A stretch of DNA of 64,000 bases from Paragordius varius (lineage: Eukaryota; Animalia; Nematomorpha), in the NCBI GenBank assembly GCA_964247055.1, contig OZ176060.1, positions 1,798,001 to 1,862,000 on the forward strand, written 5' to 3'. A program made the translations under genes and the position numbers. Shown piece by piece: positions 13,363 to 26,874 of this stretch. The notes under the pieces were generated by a model. That model had not been told where the DNA came from. It saw only the letters and a program-made list of their open reading frames with translations, and ran no database searches. Positions within the stretch are counted from its first letter, which is position 1; each line of letters starts with the position of its first letter.

Positions 13363-15416
13363 TTTAAGAAAGTTTTTACATTTGTTTATTACAAAATGGC
13401 ATAATTCACACATTTATTTAGGTGAAATTTTAACGATTTTAAATTATGATATGTCATAAACTCTATAAAAAACCAACATTATTTTTTAGATGTGGACTTT
13501 TAAATATTTTTGCTCCTAAGAGAGTTCTTTTAAATAAACCCAAAAATGCTGAAAGAGGTTAAAATAATAGTAAATTCTGAATTCTGATATTAATAAAAGG
13601 TTTTTCTAAAAAATGTATTTTGCTCAAAAATATATTTTATAGCAAAATATTAAGCCTAGTTCATCTATTTTAGGGTATGTGGGATCGATATAGGAAATAC
13701 TTTATTAAATAATAAAAATTATATTTAATTAAAATATTTGTTCGCCTTAAAATTTTTTAAATAAAAATTGTGTTTTTTATGCAAGACGACCCAAATTAAA
13801 AACAAAACATTTATATTGCATTTGCCATTTGTGTAGCAACTATATAGCGGAAATAACTTTCTTAAATTACTGATAATGATACGGTTACATTAATATATAT
13901 ATATATATATTTCATCAGGACATTTTTATAGACACTATGTAATCAAATATGTAATTAATACTTTTAAAAGAAAAGTCTGTTAGTAAATTTATGTAAATTA
14001 ATTTAAATGAATTTTTCCGGAAGAGTAAGCATTTTCATTCAATTTAGAGGATTAAAAATGGTTTTATTCCTGCTCGAGTTATCATATTTTTACATATTGA
14101 TGAAATTTCAGGATTTATGATTTTACCGAATTTTTGAATTTTTATTTTTTATTTCATAAAACACTTCTATGTTGCATCCAACATTTTCACGCAAAAATTA
14201 CATAGTAAATAAAATTAGGGGTTTACCACAGAGTTTTGTCCAATATTGAATATTAATAATTATAGATGTTTAACAAAAAGTAAAATAATTTTATGAAAAT
14301 ATCGCCTTTTTATATGTTTTAGGATAACCAATTTCGGGTCCTTCATATGTATTTTAAATTCCTTTTTTAGCGATAGCCTTGTAAAACATATACCGCGTAA
14401 CATTTGATTAAATAATTCTATTGCCCTAAAGTTTTTCACATATTTTTATCTGAAAATTAAAATATATTAAAAATTTATGTGAGATTGTCATTGAAATAAA
14501 AATATTATTTTAGAAGGTCATAAAGATCTATAATATATTATAAATATATATTTTTTTACTTAAATTCATTTGGTTTAGTAAAACCATATAATATAAATAT
14601 GAAAAACCAGATATAATAAATATATGTATTAGCATCAAGGTTAAAAACCATAAAAGATTTATCCCAATTAAAGAACTTATAATTATTCTATTTGTTCAAG
14701 TGTTTTCTGTTAAAATCAATTGAAAATATAATATATGTTAAAATTAAGTTTAATGATCTCCGATTCTGTACTATATGGTATTAAGGCATTATATATAATG
14801 TAAGTTTACTTGTCTACTTCTAGAAAACGCACAAAATATATGTCAAAAAATATTTACTCGCCATTTAAATTTATATAAATATTCCGCTTTTAAATACATT
14901 TTTTGAGTAGATCCTAAACGATCAATAAATGGAAATATGAACAATATTACCCTTTTATTTACTGATAATTTATAAAAAATGAATAAGATGGTCTTTACAA
15001 ATCGATATGATTGTCTGAATGAGATGAGAGAAAGGCGTGATCACGTCATTTAATTAACAAATTTATTAACAACGATTGTTTGTTTTAGCCTGTAGCCAAC
15101 AAGCAATTAATTATGATTTTAAGGATATAAGAGAATTCCTATATTTATGTTACTTATTGTTCATCTATTGACTTTCTTAAGTTTTGCGTTAATATTGGAC
15201 GGACCTCTGTCCTGCCTTTTACAATTTTGATATTTTTGGAAATCTTATCAATATACGGAGTGTAAAAATGTTGGTAGAAGGGTGGTTGATTAAATTTATA
15301 TGCTCTTCTGATATATAAATCAAAATTATCATATTTTGTTTGAGCCCTTAGGAGTCATGTAAGAAAATAACACTTTTGGGTTACTTGCTCTCCATAAAAA
15401 ATTCTTAAAATTAGGG

Positions 15417-17390
15417 CAGTGGCGTACCGATGAAGGGTTTAGCATGACCCTGGAGCCGTTATTTAGGGGCGGCATTTTCTTTATATAAATTTAAAGTATG
15501 CAAATATAATAACAACTTTCATGTAATACTCCTTTAGACTTGTGCAATAAGGGCGTCTAGGTATGTTTTTTTATAAAAATTATTTGGCAATTTATGTAAT
15601 AGTCCCTAAAATAATATAAAATATAAATGAGATCAAGAGTACACATTATGCACTTTCTGCCCAAACGTAACCCTATCACTTCTAATAAATTATAAATTCA
15701 TTTTTTATTTAATCAAATATTATTTTAAAACTCAAGATAATTAATTTAAAAAACATTCTATCCATAACAAGGTATTATTAATTTTATTGTCATCTCAGCG
15801 GTTACGGAAATAGGAAAGAAAAATTTAAAACTGACTATGAAATATTATTAAACGAAAATAAATTCTGACCATTGAATTAAATAAAATGTATGCGGCAGCA
15901 CAAAACGGTACCCCTTAATATTATAATTTAAATACTGACACTTTAGTTATTGATTCAATAAATAGGGGAAAACGTTTATATATCTTTTGGCTTTAAAAGT
16001 TAATATTAAATTGATTGAAATATAAAACATATATATTATGGACTTATATCTGATCAACGCTGGATACAGTATACGGAGAACAAATTCAGTTGTAAAGTAA
16101 GTATTTATTGATTATAAGAAAAAAAATTGTTAAAAAGAATCTTTTTTGGATTTTAACAGTAAAGATGCAATATCAAAAGATAATTTTAGAAAATCTAAAT
16201 ATGTATAACATTTATCAAATTGCAAATATCAATGCTATGATAATGCAGTTATGATGTCGGGTCACATGCAGGCAGAATGGAAAAAAACAAAAAATATTTT
16301 TAAACTTTAACAATGATTTAGTGTAGCAAAACAAGATGTTATTAGAGTGACCCGTTTTGGAATAATTAATAATATTTACCTTTTTTGACCTTGAACTATT
16401 AAATGGGACTAAATAAAAAATTAATAAAACTGTCAAGCGTGAGTCTCCGATGAAGCATTAGAATTCGAAATGTTAATGCTATTGTTAAGGGAATAGTTGA
16501 TTTGAAAGAGTTATTAAAAGGTTTAATTAAAAAACTTCAAATACTAGTGAAACAATAAGTATGACGTCCGTTCTCAATTTTTTATTATTTTTTTGATGGT
16601 ATAGTGGGTAGGGCACCGGACTCTTACACTACATGCCAGATTCCCCAAAACACGCAATTTTTCCATCATCACCGTTAAACCTTAGCAGGTGAGTTTTATA
16701 GCCTTCAAAGTCCAAATACAATTTGAGTCCTTACCCTTTAATATAAAAGAAAAAAAGAGACTATAAACTGTATATTTATTTATTAATTTTTTTGTGGCAT
16801 CAAATATTTAAAAAAATTGATAGAGTTTTAACTTAGATTGTATAGCATTAAGAACCTGGAATCCTTAACTACTGTTTAGGTATACGGAATTAGTTTTGCG
16901 AGGAAGCCATAAAAAACGCTATTGTATGTGCAAACTGGAATGTTTCTATATTTATATCAAACCATGCTAGAAAACCAAAAAAATTTCAAAAAGACTCAGA
17001 GGTTATGATTCTTTCTGCTGAAATGAAGTTTATCGTATGAATGGTTAAGCAACATGAAATGGAAAAGCGATTTCTAGACTGAGAAATTTCAATTCTAAAT
17101 TTGGATTTTGATGGATATCGAAAATTAATTGACGCGTAACAATAACAATAAAAAAATTTGTAAATCTAAAGGCGAATCTTTCAGCACACATTTTAATGGA
17201 ACAGATCTTTTTATGGAAATTTGTAATTGTAGGATAATTATCCTATTTCGAAAAGATATTGAACCTATTCCGTTAGAACTCTTAACCTTTATAATTTGAT
17301 ACGGCGAAGATGTGTTCCCCAATTTAAGGGTTGCGCTTCAACTTTTAACTATTTTAAAGTCAGTCGCTAGTTGTAAAAGGGCATTCAGTA
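15417..17390 (+). mobile_element. Decayed hAT (ZMYM1/Tip100-like) transposon with transposase pseudogene
   Basis: Left TIR CAGTGGCGTACC; transposase remnants YQCYDNAVMMSG (~16225) and YGEDVFPNLRVALQLLTILKSVASCKRAFS (~17300, hAT dimerisation domain). Many stops and frameshifts; interrupted at about 16570-16870. Confidence 0.75.
16596..16632 (+). other. tRNA-derived 5' half (SINE-like head) inside the hAT relic
   Basis: TGGTATAGTGG A-box followed by TAGGGCACCGGACTCTTA, resembling D and anticodon arms; no B box. Confidence 0.3.
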
Positions 17391-18719
17391 ATGTGACCAG
17401 ATATTTTAAACTTTAACGCAGTACAAAATTATAACATACTTTGCCTGTTTTTACACCATCGGTGTGGTATATTTCCAGTTTCCACAAAACTGATCCAAAT
17501 GATATATATTTATATATATATATATATATATATATTCTGATGGGAAAATATCAGTATTATCATGGTGCTTTTGGGTTAAATTTTTAGATGTGGACCCTGA
17601 AAGTCCCAAATTTTTGGCTCTTTTAAAATAGACTGTTTATTAAAATAAACGGAAAATTCCGACATTGTGCAATAATTTTTTATATGTGCTAAATTTTGAC
17701 CACTAAATATATTTTTAAAAAAATGCATACTTTCAAAATAATTTTTAGCAAGATTTTGTTGAAGCCTTGAGCATGATGGAAATGATATAAACGTAAGATG
17801 TTATAACAATTTATACATTCGATAATTCTAATTTCAATCAGAATTTGGTTTTCATTTTCAAATTTATGTAAAAATTGTTTTTTTATAAAACACCCAAATT
17901 TGTAAGCAAAGTAATCTTTAAATTAAAATTCTGGTTGTTCATCATCATCGAATTATTTAGAAAAAGGGTTTTATTATATCTTAGAGCGTTATACCGTTTC
18001 ATTCATGCTTAAAATCGTTAGAAGTAAGCTTCAACAATTTATTTTTTTATGAAATAAGAACACTAATGAAAATTAATTAGGAAATAAATTAAGTAATATC
18101 AAACCTCCCACCTAATGAGTATAGAAAACGTAAAAACACATAATTTTTACCAAAAAAGGTTATCTCGAAATTATATGCCATATATAATAAATTTTTAAAT
18201 TATAGTTACGGGAATAACAATTTTCTATATCATTTTCCGTATAACTATAAAAAAAGGAACTTCTAAACTTGATCAATATTAAATATCATAAATTAATTTT
18301 GTTAATTTTAAATTTTGAGGCACTTATTTTTGCGGAAACCCTGAGTGAAAGAGCCTTTAGCCTGAATCTTACGGTGGATTGGGAGATTTATAGTTTCGCC
18401 ACTGCGGAAAGGCTGCGGTTGACCGATCCAAAATCAAATTTTATGTATAGTTCGAGCAGAAAATAAAATATTAATCAAATAAAAATAGGCCAATCTTAGT
18501 GTACCGCAAAATGAACTACAAATTATGGGGTTTTTTTACAGAGGGTACTATATCGAATTCTAAAATATTTTTTATGAATAAATAGAAGGTATTCAATATA
18601 TATATTCATAAATAATAATTTTTTTTACTTTCAAAAAGCAGTGCAAAAGTGGGCGCAGTACAGTCGCAGTTTTTTTCTATAAATCCAGTACTGTACTGCG
18701 TACAGCCTATCTGGTCACA

Positions 18720-18830
18720 TTTAACTACGCGGATGGATACGGTTGGCAAAACGGAACTTATAATGCAAGGATGCCATAGACAGGTATAGCGAAATAGTTT
18801 ACGGATATGATTGCTCAAGAGTGATATCAT
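18720..18830 (+). mobile_element. RTE LINE 3'-end remnant carried in the gene duplication unit
   Basis: Homologous to 23240-23350, which reads ETIDRVLWRNRLRI*, the DR..WR motif typical of RTE ORF C-termini. Confidence 0.45.
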
Positions 18831-19844
18831 ATAATGTAATTATTATTGAAAGCTAATCATGTAATCCTACATGGTATATTTTTAATATAATATATGTGGC
18901 TTAAAAATCTTGATGTTTAATGCGTGTGTGCTACAATTTGTTCACTATATCTAATGGCTGATTTTTTTTATAGATTATGGACGCTACAGGATATGGTTAT
19001 ACCAGCATTAATTAATAAAGTTATGTTATTGATATTTAATTAAAATCTTGTTTTTATCCGTTAGTTAATCTCTTCAAGTAAGGGTATATTCGATAAAATT
19101 GTTAATTGGTAATTATTTAATCGGATATAAGAATAGAAATGTTATGTTTGTTTAATTTTTTGATAATTTTAAAATTATATTGGCCATCCTATATTAATGT
19201 GAATCTAGAAAAAAGTTATTTTGCAATAAATACCATATAATTAACAATAAACCCCAACTAATTCATCACCGGTTAAAACTAAAACCGGGTAGGTTCCTAT
19301 GAAAATAAAACTGAGAGTAAGTGGAATGTTAAAATCTCAGGAATGGGATTCCGGCTCGAAACTGTGTCAATTGGCCGATATGGTGAATAGGCTGGCATAA
19401 TTTACATACTGTATATGCACATTAATCTTACACCGATATTTCAGTATATAATATATATATATATGGTTTTTTATCATGTGTTTAATTTATTTAATATCCA
19501 AAATTAAAAATCCATATTATAAGCCCTAAAAAACAAATATATCATATATTTGGCACACTTTTACCCAACACATTGCCAAAAATAACGCGCTTTATATTAA
19601 ATTAATTTATAAACTTGGCGTCAATTAATTTTCATAAATTTTAGGAAAAAATTGGGGTTTAATAGTTAAAAAATTTAATCAATATTTACGTATCCAAGAT
19701 AGCGTCCAAAACTACATTAAAAAGTAAAATTATCCCGAATATTTTAGCAATTATAAATATTTATTTAGGCATTTGATAGAGTATATATAGAACTGCCATA
19801 AATGACCAAAATCACATTATTTTGTCAAATCAAACGAATTCATA

Positions 19845-21546
19845 ATGATTGCCCTATCCTCTCTTTTGACCATCTTTATCGTTTCTATCGCCATGTCCGA
19901 TTGTAGATTGCTTAAAGGGACAGAAACCAGCAATATTGGTAATATATATTTTTAAATTACCATATATAACAAAGGATACTAATAACAAGTTCAAGATGTT
20001 TACCAAATTATATTAAATCTAATTGATATAAATCAAATATTTTACCTAATGTTTATCAGAATGCAGAGTTACACAGGCAGCAGATATGGGTGTACAAAAT
20101 TTGAGACTTTGCTTGTCTGGATTTAGCATTGGGTCTCGACCACATTATTCTGTGATGGCTTCTTTCGATGAACCTAACCGATTAAACAAAAATCCAATGG
20201 TGTATTCCTACAAACTTTGGCCTTATTACAATGCAACTTCCTTGTTTGAAGCTTATGGTCCCACATGGGCTAATGCTTTACATGTAAAATAATTTATTTC
20301 TCTTTGTTATATATAATGTTACCGTTTTCGTATATTTATCCAGGCTAAGCATTTTGAGTTGCCGAGATTGGTACCACAGCAAGAGTACATGTTAAAGGTA
20401 TCAGCCTCACAAAAAAATATTTCACGAGGATCTTTTGCAGATTTCTTGCGATTTAAAGGTATTTCGCAGTATTTTAAACATATATGCCATTTACGTTTAA
20501 ATTGAGCTTTTAATACATAGAATCACCCTTTATTTAACGTATACATCAATAATACGTTTCTGAGCCTAACACTTTATTATCTTCATGGTAGTTTTGTACT
20601 CCCAGAGAGAATAAATAATTATTTAGATTTTTATATTGGTTTGAATTTAAAAAGCATTCTTTAGCCTTGGGAGGGCGTAAAAATTTCCGAATAACGTAAA
20701 AATATAAAAAGATACTTTGCAATTCATTTCGCCATAATTTTTTCGTTGCAATTTTAAACAACGGACAAATTATTGTACACTGTTAAGAATAATGTTTGAA
20801 AATTAAATTTTATATAAAATATATACAAAACTAACCTAATGATATTGTCAAAAAATTACCAACTTAAATGGTTAAAAAAATTGTGGCATATAAAATAATT
20901 TATATAATCCCGATTGGAAAGTTTAGCTAAAAAATTTAATTATGAGCTATAAAGGTCAAAGTGTGATTTATAAGTCTTTAAGGCTGAATTTATAATGCCA
21001 ATGTTTATTACATACTTCTATCATCCCTTCTTTTTTAGTGTCAGTGAATGGAAATGATTATAACCTTGAACAGCATGGTATGATATTTTTTATTCATTTA
21101 CTAATAACTAAAATTTATTCTTATCTAATACTGAATGCCAAATAGACATTTCCAAATCTTTTGCTAAAATTGTTCGGGCTACCACTACCTTTACTAATGA
21201 AGGCCGCACCAAAGATTTATTTGTATATATTGAGCCCCTTTCCGAACATTTTGCCAAGGCTTATGGGATTGAAAATTTGGATATCATATTAAGTCGCCCA
21301 GATGTAGAAGGAGAAAAGGCTCGACATGGAACTCTCGGTGTAAGTATTTACATCAGAATATTTTATATTAGCAACATTTGCAATATATATTTTAATTAAT
21401 AGTTAAAAAGCAGAATGTATCGGTTTTCCAACTTAAATCCAAGCTCTGAATATGAAGTCATCATTCGTCCTATATATAAAAATGGGGCTCATGCTTCAAC
21501 AGAATACCTCTCTCACCGGATCTATGTAGATTTGGCTCAATGTTAA
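19845..21546 (+). CDS. Secreted two-FN3-like-domain protein, copy 2 (complete, 269 aa)
   Basis: Exons 19845-19938, 20060-20283, 20344-20458, 21039-21077, 21146-21339, 21403-21546 total 810 nt, open to TAA. Signal-peptide-like start MIALSSLLTIFIVSIAMSDC; two FN3-like motifs; N-glycosylation sequons NAT and NIS; no transmembrane helix. Confidence 0.9.
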
Positions 21547-21734
21547 ACTCCTATTTGTTTAGATTATACTGTTCACCTATCAAAAAATGTAGTTTTTTTC
21601 AAATTTTAGCCAATATATCTATTATAATAAATAATACACATATGAATATTATGAAGATTAACCAATAAAAAAATACATCAAAAATATAAATGCAGTAGAA
21701 TTCTTTGGGCAATTTACTAGCTTTCGATTCGTAA

Positions 21735-22900
21735 AGACAATTTGCTGATAGTTTTATGTTTGGATGGTTTGTAAGGTGATATAAATTCATTGGCTGTATT
21801 TTTGCAGATTGTGTATATAGAATTCCATATATTTTCAATGTTTGGACATTTTTTTGGGTGTTCAAGACTATTAAAACGATTATGTAATGTAAGGCTATAA
21901 TTATTATCGATGGTATTATAGTCGAGTTTATTACGAAGTGTTTTAGGTTTTTTCTTGGGTAATTGGAGTTTGATGCAGAGCTTAGCAACTAAAAGGTTAT
22001 GATCAGTGTAGCAATGAACTTTTATATTTATTCATGCCAATTATAAAATCATTTTGATTACGGTATTTTGGACACGGGAACGCCATGTGTAAAGGCGTCT
22101 TTTGGATTGATTAAAGAATATGTTTGCTATAAAAATTAATGACTTGGACAAAATTCGATGAGTCGATCGCCTCTGTCGTTTTTTGTTCCTAGTCTTGCCT
22201 CCTACAGGGTATGTATCCTCACCAATGATACTGTTGAAATTCACCAAGGAGAAATAGAATATCTTTTTTGGTACTCGCTTTATTGCTGTTTTTAGCTCAT
22301 TGTAAAAGGTTTCGCATTTGTCGTCGCTGTATGAACTGGTTGGAGCGTAGACTTGGAGGATTGTTATGGGCTGAGGTCTAGTTTGGATCCGTATTGATAT
22401 CATACGTTCGTTAATAGGATTATAGATGTCGGATAAATTTGCTAATTTCTCCTTCATTATGATACCTGTCCATTGTATTTGAGAGTGTTGTGTCCGGAAT
22501 AAAATAGTACGTGATTTTCGAATTCTAAGATGCCATTAGAAGAGATATGTGTTTCAGATACACCGAGTATGTCGATGTTGTATTTTATCATTTTGTTTAT
22601 AACAACATCGATTTTGTTGTTATAAGCACCTCTAAGATTCCAGGTGGCAACTTTTATATTCAAATTCCTTGATTAAAATGTTTGAACCATTGGAATAAGC
22701 AAAAATATGATAGTTTAGGTTTGATAGATTATTATAACGAGAATTTATGACGGAGAATATATGATGGATATTGTGAAGAGATGATTTTAATAAATGATTT
22801 AAAAATATACGAATGTATGGAGATGAGTTAAAATTACATTATTTATGGTAAAAAAATATATTGAATAGGGTAGGTCTACCATACCTTTCCCTCTCAATTG
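21735..22900 (-). mobile_element. RTE-clade non-LTR retrotransposon 5' fragment (AP endonuclease), 3'-truncated
   Basis: IKVATWNLRG, IDILGVSET, ITILQVYAPTS, TDHNLLVAK and NRFNSL motifs of RTE APE, with frameshifts. No RT domain; stops abruptly at the 3' flank of copy 2. Confidence 0.85.
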
Positions 22901-23962
22901 GTAAACATGTGTTTTTATCACATCAACAGTTCTCTTTTACAGCCAATGATGTATTACTCATAGACCTAATTTGAAGTTATTAAAATGGAATTTTTTTAGA
23001 TTGAGTGCAGTGTAACGCGAAAAGACAAGACGAGGAATTTATACATTATAGAGGAAATATGGAAATCAAGCCTTTACGCAAAAGAGATGCTATATTATCT
23101 TAGAAACTGGCACCTAGAAAAAAGAGATGGTAAATACATTGGCAAAAAGATTGAAATATATATATATATATATACATATATATATGTATGTATGTATATA
23201 GAAAGGTAAGAGGGGAAGAGGGTGCACTAAAACGGGATCGATTGATACGGTTAATAGAAACATAACAAAAGTGAACTTAAAACGCAAGGAAACCATAGAC
23301 AGGGTTCTATGGCGAAATAGATTACGGATATGACCGCTCGAGAGTGATATCATATGTAATTAATATTAAAAGCTGTAATATGTAATGCGTATGTAATCTC
23401 ACATGTGTGGCTTAAAAAATCTAGATTGCGCTTTGTTCACTATATATAATGGCTGATTTTTTTCGCGGTAATTGATTATGGACGCTATAGGTTATGGTTA
23501 TAACAGCAATAATTAATTATGTTATGTTATTAATCTAATTTAAAAAAAATCTTGTAAATTATATCTGTTTGTTAAGCTCTTCTACTAAGGGTATATTCGA
23601 TAAAATTGTAAACTTGCTAATTATTTAATCGGATATGAAAGAAAAAAATTGTTATATTAGATTAATTTTTTGATAATTTTAAAATTATGGCCATCCTATA
23701 TTGATGGGAATCCAAAAAGTTCTTTTTTAATAAATACCATATAATAAACAATAAACTCCAACTAATTTCTCACTAAAATCGGCTGGGTTAAGGAAATGAA
23801 ACCGAGGGTAAGTGGAATGTTAAAATCTCAGGAATGGGATTCCGGCTCGAAGCCCTTTTATCCATACATTATTATGTTGTCAATTGGCCAATGTGGTGAA
23901 TAGGCCGGCATAATGTACATACTGATATGCACATTAATCTTACACCGATATTTCAGTATATA

Positions 23963-24755
23963 CCATTTACACTTCAAGAGTGTCCTTGAACAATTCAAGT
24001 GGTCCTTGAACAATTCAAGTTGGTCCTTGAACAGTTCAAGTTGGTCCTTGAACAATTCAAGTTGGTCCTTGAACAGTTCAAGTTGGTCCTTGAACAATTC
24101 AAGTTGGTCCTTGAACAATTCAAGTTGGTCCTTTAACTTTTTTGTTTTGTTTTTAACTTTTATCAATCAAATCGAAAATAATTCGTCTATTTTATTGTTT
24201 TTAACCTATTTTCTATTATTTAACATAAATTTTAAATCGATATCAACTTTTAATCTTTGAAAAACCGTATATCTTTATTAATTTCTTAAAATAAATTTAA
24301 ATATTTATAAGATTTTAACACGAAATGAAAAAATATATAAGTTTTCTGGGTTATTAATTAAAATTTTTCATTAAAAACATTTAAAAGTCAATAATTTTGT
24401 TCAATTGAAAAAAAATAGTTTTAAACAAAAAAGTGGTTTTTCAATAAAAAAATTTATTTTTAAATGAATAATTATATAATAAATAAAGAAAATTAGGTTA
24501 ATAAATAATTAAATAAAAAAATAAATGCAAAAATTATGGTTAAATCAAAATTTATAAATTTTAAGGACCAACTTGAACTGTTCAAGGACCAACTTGAACT
24601 GTTCAAGGACTAACTTGAATTGTTCAAGGACCAACTTGAATTGTTCAAGGACCAACTTGAATTGTTCAAGGACCAATTTGAACTGTTCAAGGACCAACTT
24701 GAATTGTTCAAGGACCAACTTGAATTGTTCAAGGACACTCTTGAACTGTAAATGG
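23963..24755. mobile_element. Foldback MITE (793 bp) with tandem 21-bp subterminal repeats
   Basis: Ends CCATTTACA...TGTAAATGG flanked by TATATA; 7 left and 8 right copies of GGTCCTTGAACA(A/G)TTCAAGTT. Absent at the paralogous site upstream of copy 2 (about 19445). Confidence 0.9.
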
Positions 24756-25152
24756 TATATAATAGATATATATGGTTTTTTTATCATGTGTTTAATTTAA
24801 TATCCAAAATTAAAATATCCATATTATAAGACCTAAAAAACAAATATATCATATATTTGGCACACTTTTACCCAACACATTGCCAAAAATAACGCGCTTT
24901 ATATTAACATATTAATTTACTTGGCGTCAATTAATTTTTATATAATTTTAGGCAAAAAATTGGGGTTTGATAGTTAAAAAATTTAATCAATATTTACGTA
25001 TCCAAGATAGCGTCCAAAACTACATTAAAAAGTAAAATTATTGCCAATATTTTAAAAATTATAAATATTTATTTAGATATTTGAGAAAGTATATATAGAG
25101 CTGCCGTAAATGACCAAAATCACACTATTTTGTCAAATCAAACGAATTCATA

Positions 25153-26874
25153 ATGATTGCCCTATCCTCTCTTTTGGCCATCTTTATCGTTTCTATCGCT
25201 ATATCCGATTGCCGATTGCTTAAAGGGACAGAAACCAGCAATATTGGTAATGATATATTTTTATATTACCATAAAATATTATTAACATAGGTTAATAATA
25301 AAAAGTGCAAGATCTCTACCAAATTATATTAAATCTAATTGATATAAATCAAATATTTTACCTAATGTTTATCAGAATGCAGAGTTACACAGGCAGCAGA
25401 TATGGGTGTACAAAATTTGAGACTTTGCTTGTCTGGATTTAGCATTGGGTCTCGACCTCATTATTCTGTGATGGCTTCTTTCGATGAACCTAACCGATTA
25501 AACAAAAATCCAATGGTGTATTCCTACCAACTTTGGCCTTATTACAATGCAACTTCCTTGTTTGAAGCTTATGGTCCCACATGGGCTAATGCTTTACATG
25601 TAAAATAATTTATTTGTCTTTGTAAGACATAATATTACCGTTTTCGTATATTTATACAGGCTAAGCATTTTGAGTTGCCGAGATTGGTACCACAGCAAGA
25701 GTACATGTTAAAGGTATCAGCTTCACAAAAAAATATTTCACGAGGATCTTTTGCAGATTTCTTGCGATTTAAAGGTATTTCGCAGTAGTTTAAATATATA
25801 TGCCATTTACGTTTAAATTGAGCTTTTAATAAACAGTATCACCCTTTGTATTAATATTTATAATTTGATTCTTAACGTTTATCCCCAATAATGTTTCTGA
25901 GCCTAACACTTTATTATCTTTATGGTAGTTTTATATTCCCAGTGGGATTATAAATACTTATTAGAATAGATTTTTATTGAGCTGTTAAAAAGGTAAATTC
26001 TTTAGCATTGGGTCGCGTGATAAACAATTTCCGAATAAAATTAAAAAAAGATACTTCGCAATTCAGTTAGCCGTCATTTTTTCGTTGCAATTTTAAACAA
26101 CGGACAAATTATTGTACACTGTTAAGAAATTGAAAATTAAATGTTAATCAAAATCAAACAATAGAATATATTAAGTTTAAGCTATATACAAAACTACCTA
26201 ATGATATTGTCAATAATTTACCAACTTAAATGGTTAAAAAAAATTGTGGCATATAAAATAATTTATATAATACCGATTGGAAAGTTTAGCTAATAAATTT
26301 AATTATGGAATATAAAGGCCAAATGAATGTTTATTATATACTTCTATCATCTCTTCTTTTTTAGTGTCAGTGAATGGAAATGATTATAACCTTGAACAGC
26401 ATGGTATGATAATTTTTATTTATATACCACTAATTGAATTTCTAATTCTTATCTATTACTGAATGCCAAATAGACATTTCCAAATCTTTTGCTAAAATTG
26501 TTCGAGCTACAACTACTTTTACTAATGAAGGCCGCACCAAAGATTTATTTGTATATATTGAGCCCCTTTCCGAACATTTTGCCAAGGCTTATGGGATTGA
26601 AAATTTGGATATCATATCAAGTCGCCCAGATGTAGAAGGAGAAAAGGCTCGACATGGGACTCTTGGTGTAAGTATTTACAGCAGAATATTTTATATTAGC
26701 AACATTCACAATATATAACTTTATTAATAGTTAAAAAGCAGAATGTATCGGTTTTCCAACTTAAATCCAAGCTCTGAATATGAAGTCATCATTCGTCCTA
26801 TATATAAAAATGGGGCTCATGCTTCAACAGAATACCTCTCTCACCGGATCTATGTAGATTTGGCTCAATGTTAA
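25153..26874 (+). CDS. Secreted two-FN3-like-domain protein, copy 3 (complete, 269 aa)
   Basis: Exons 25153-25246, 25376-25599, 25660-25774, 26365-26403, 26474-26667, 26731-26874; same exon sizes and phases as copy 2; intact frame. Confidence 0.9.

Noticed and set aside
23984-24730. 21-bp repeat arrays as CRISPR, heat-shock elements or STAT sites
   Set aside because: No spacers and a eukaryotic context; GAA-N3-TTC matches neither HSE (GAA-N2-TTC) nor STAT (TTC-N3-GAA).
23858-24800. Four repeat ORFs (KDQLELF, VLEQFKL, LNCSRTN, SLNNSSW)
   Set aside because: They are reading frames of the 21-bp repeats in a foldback MITE that is absent from the paralogous site; no gene structure.
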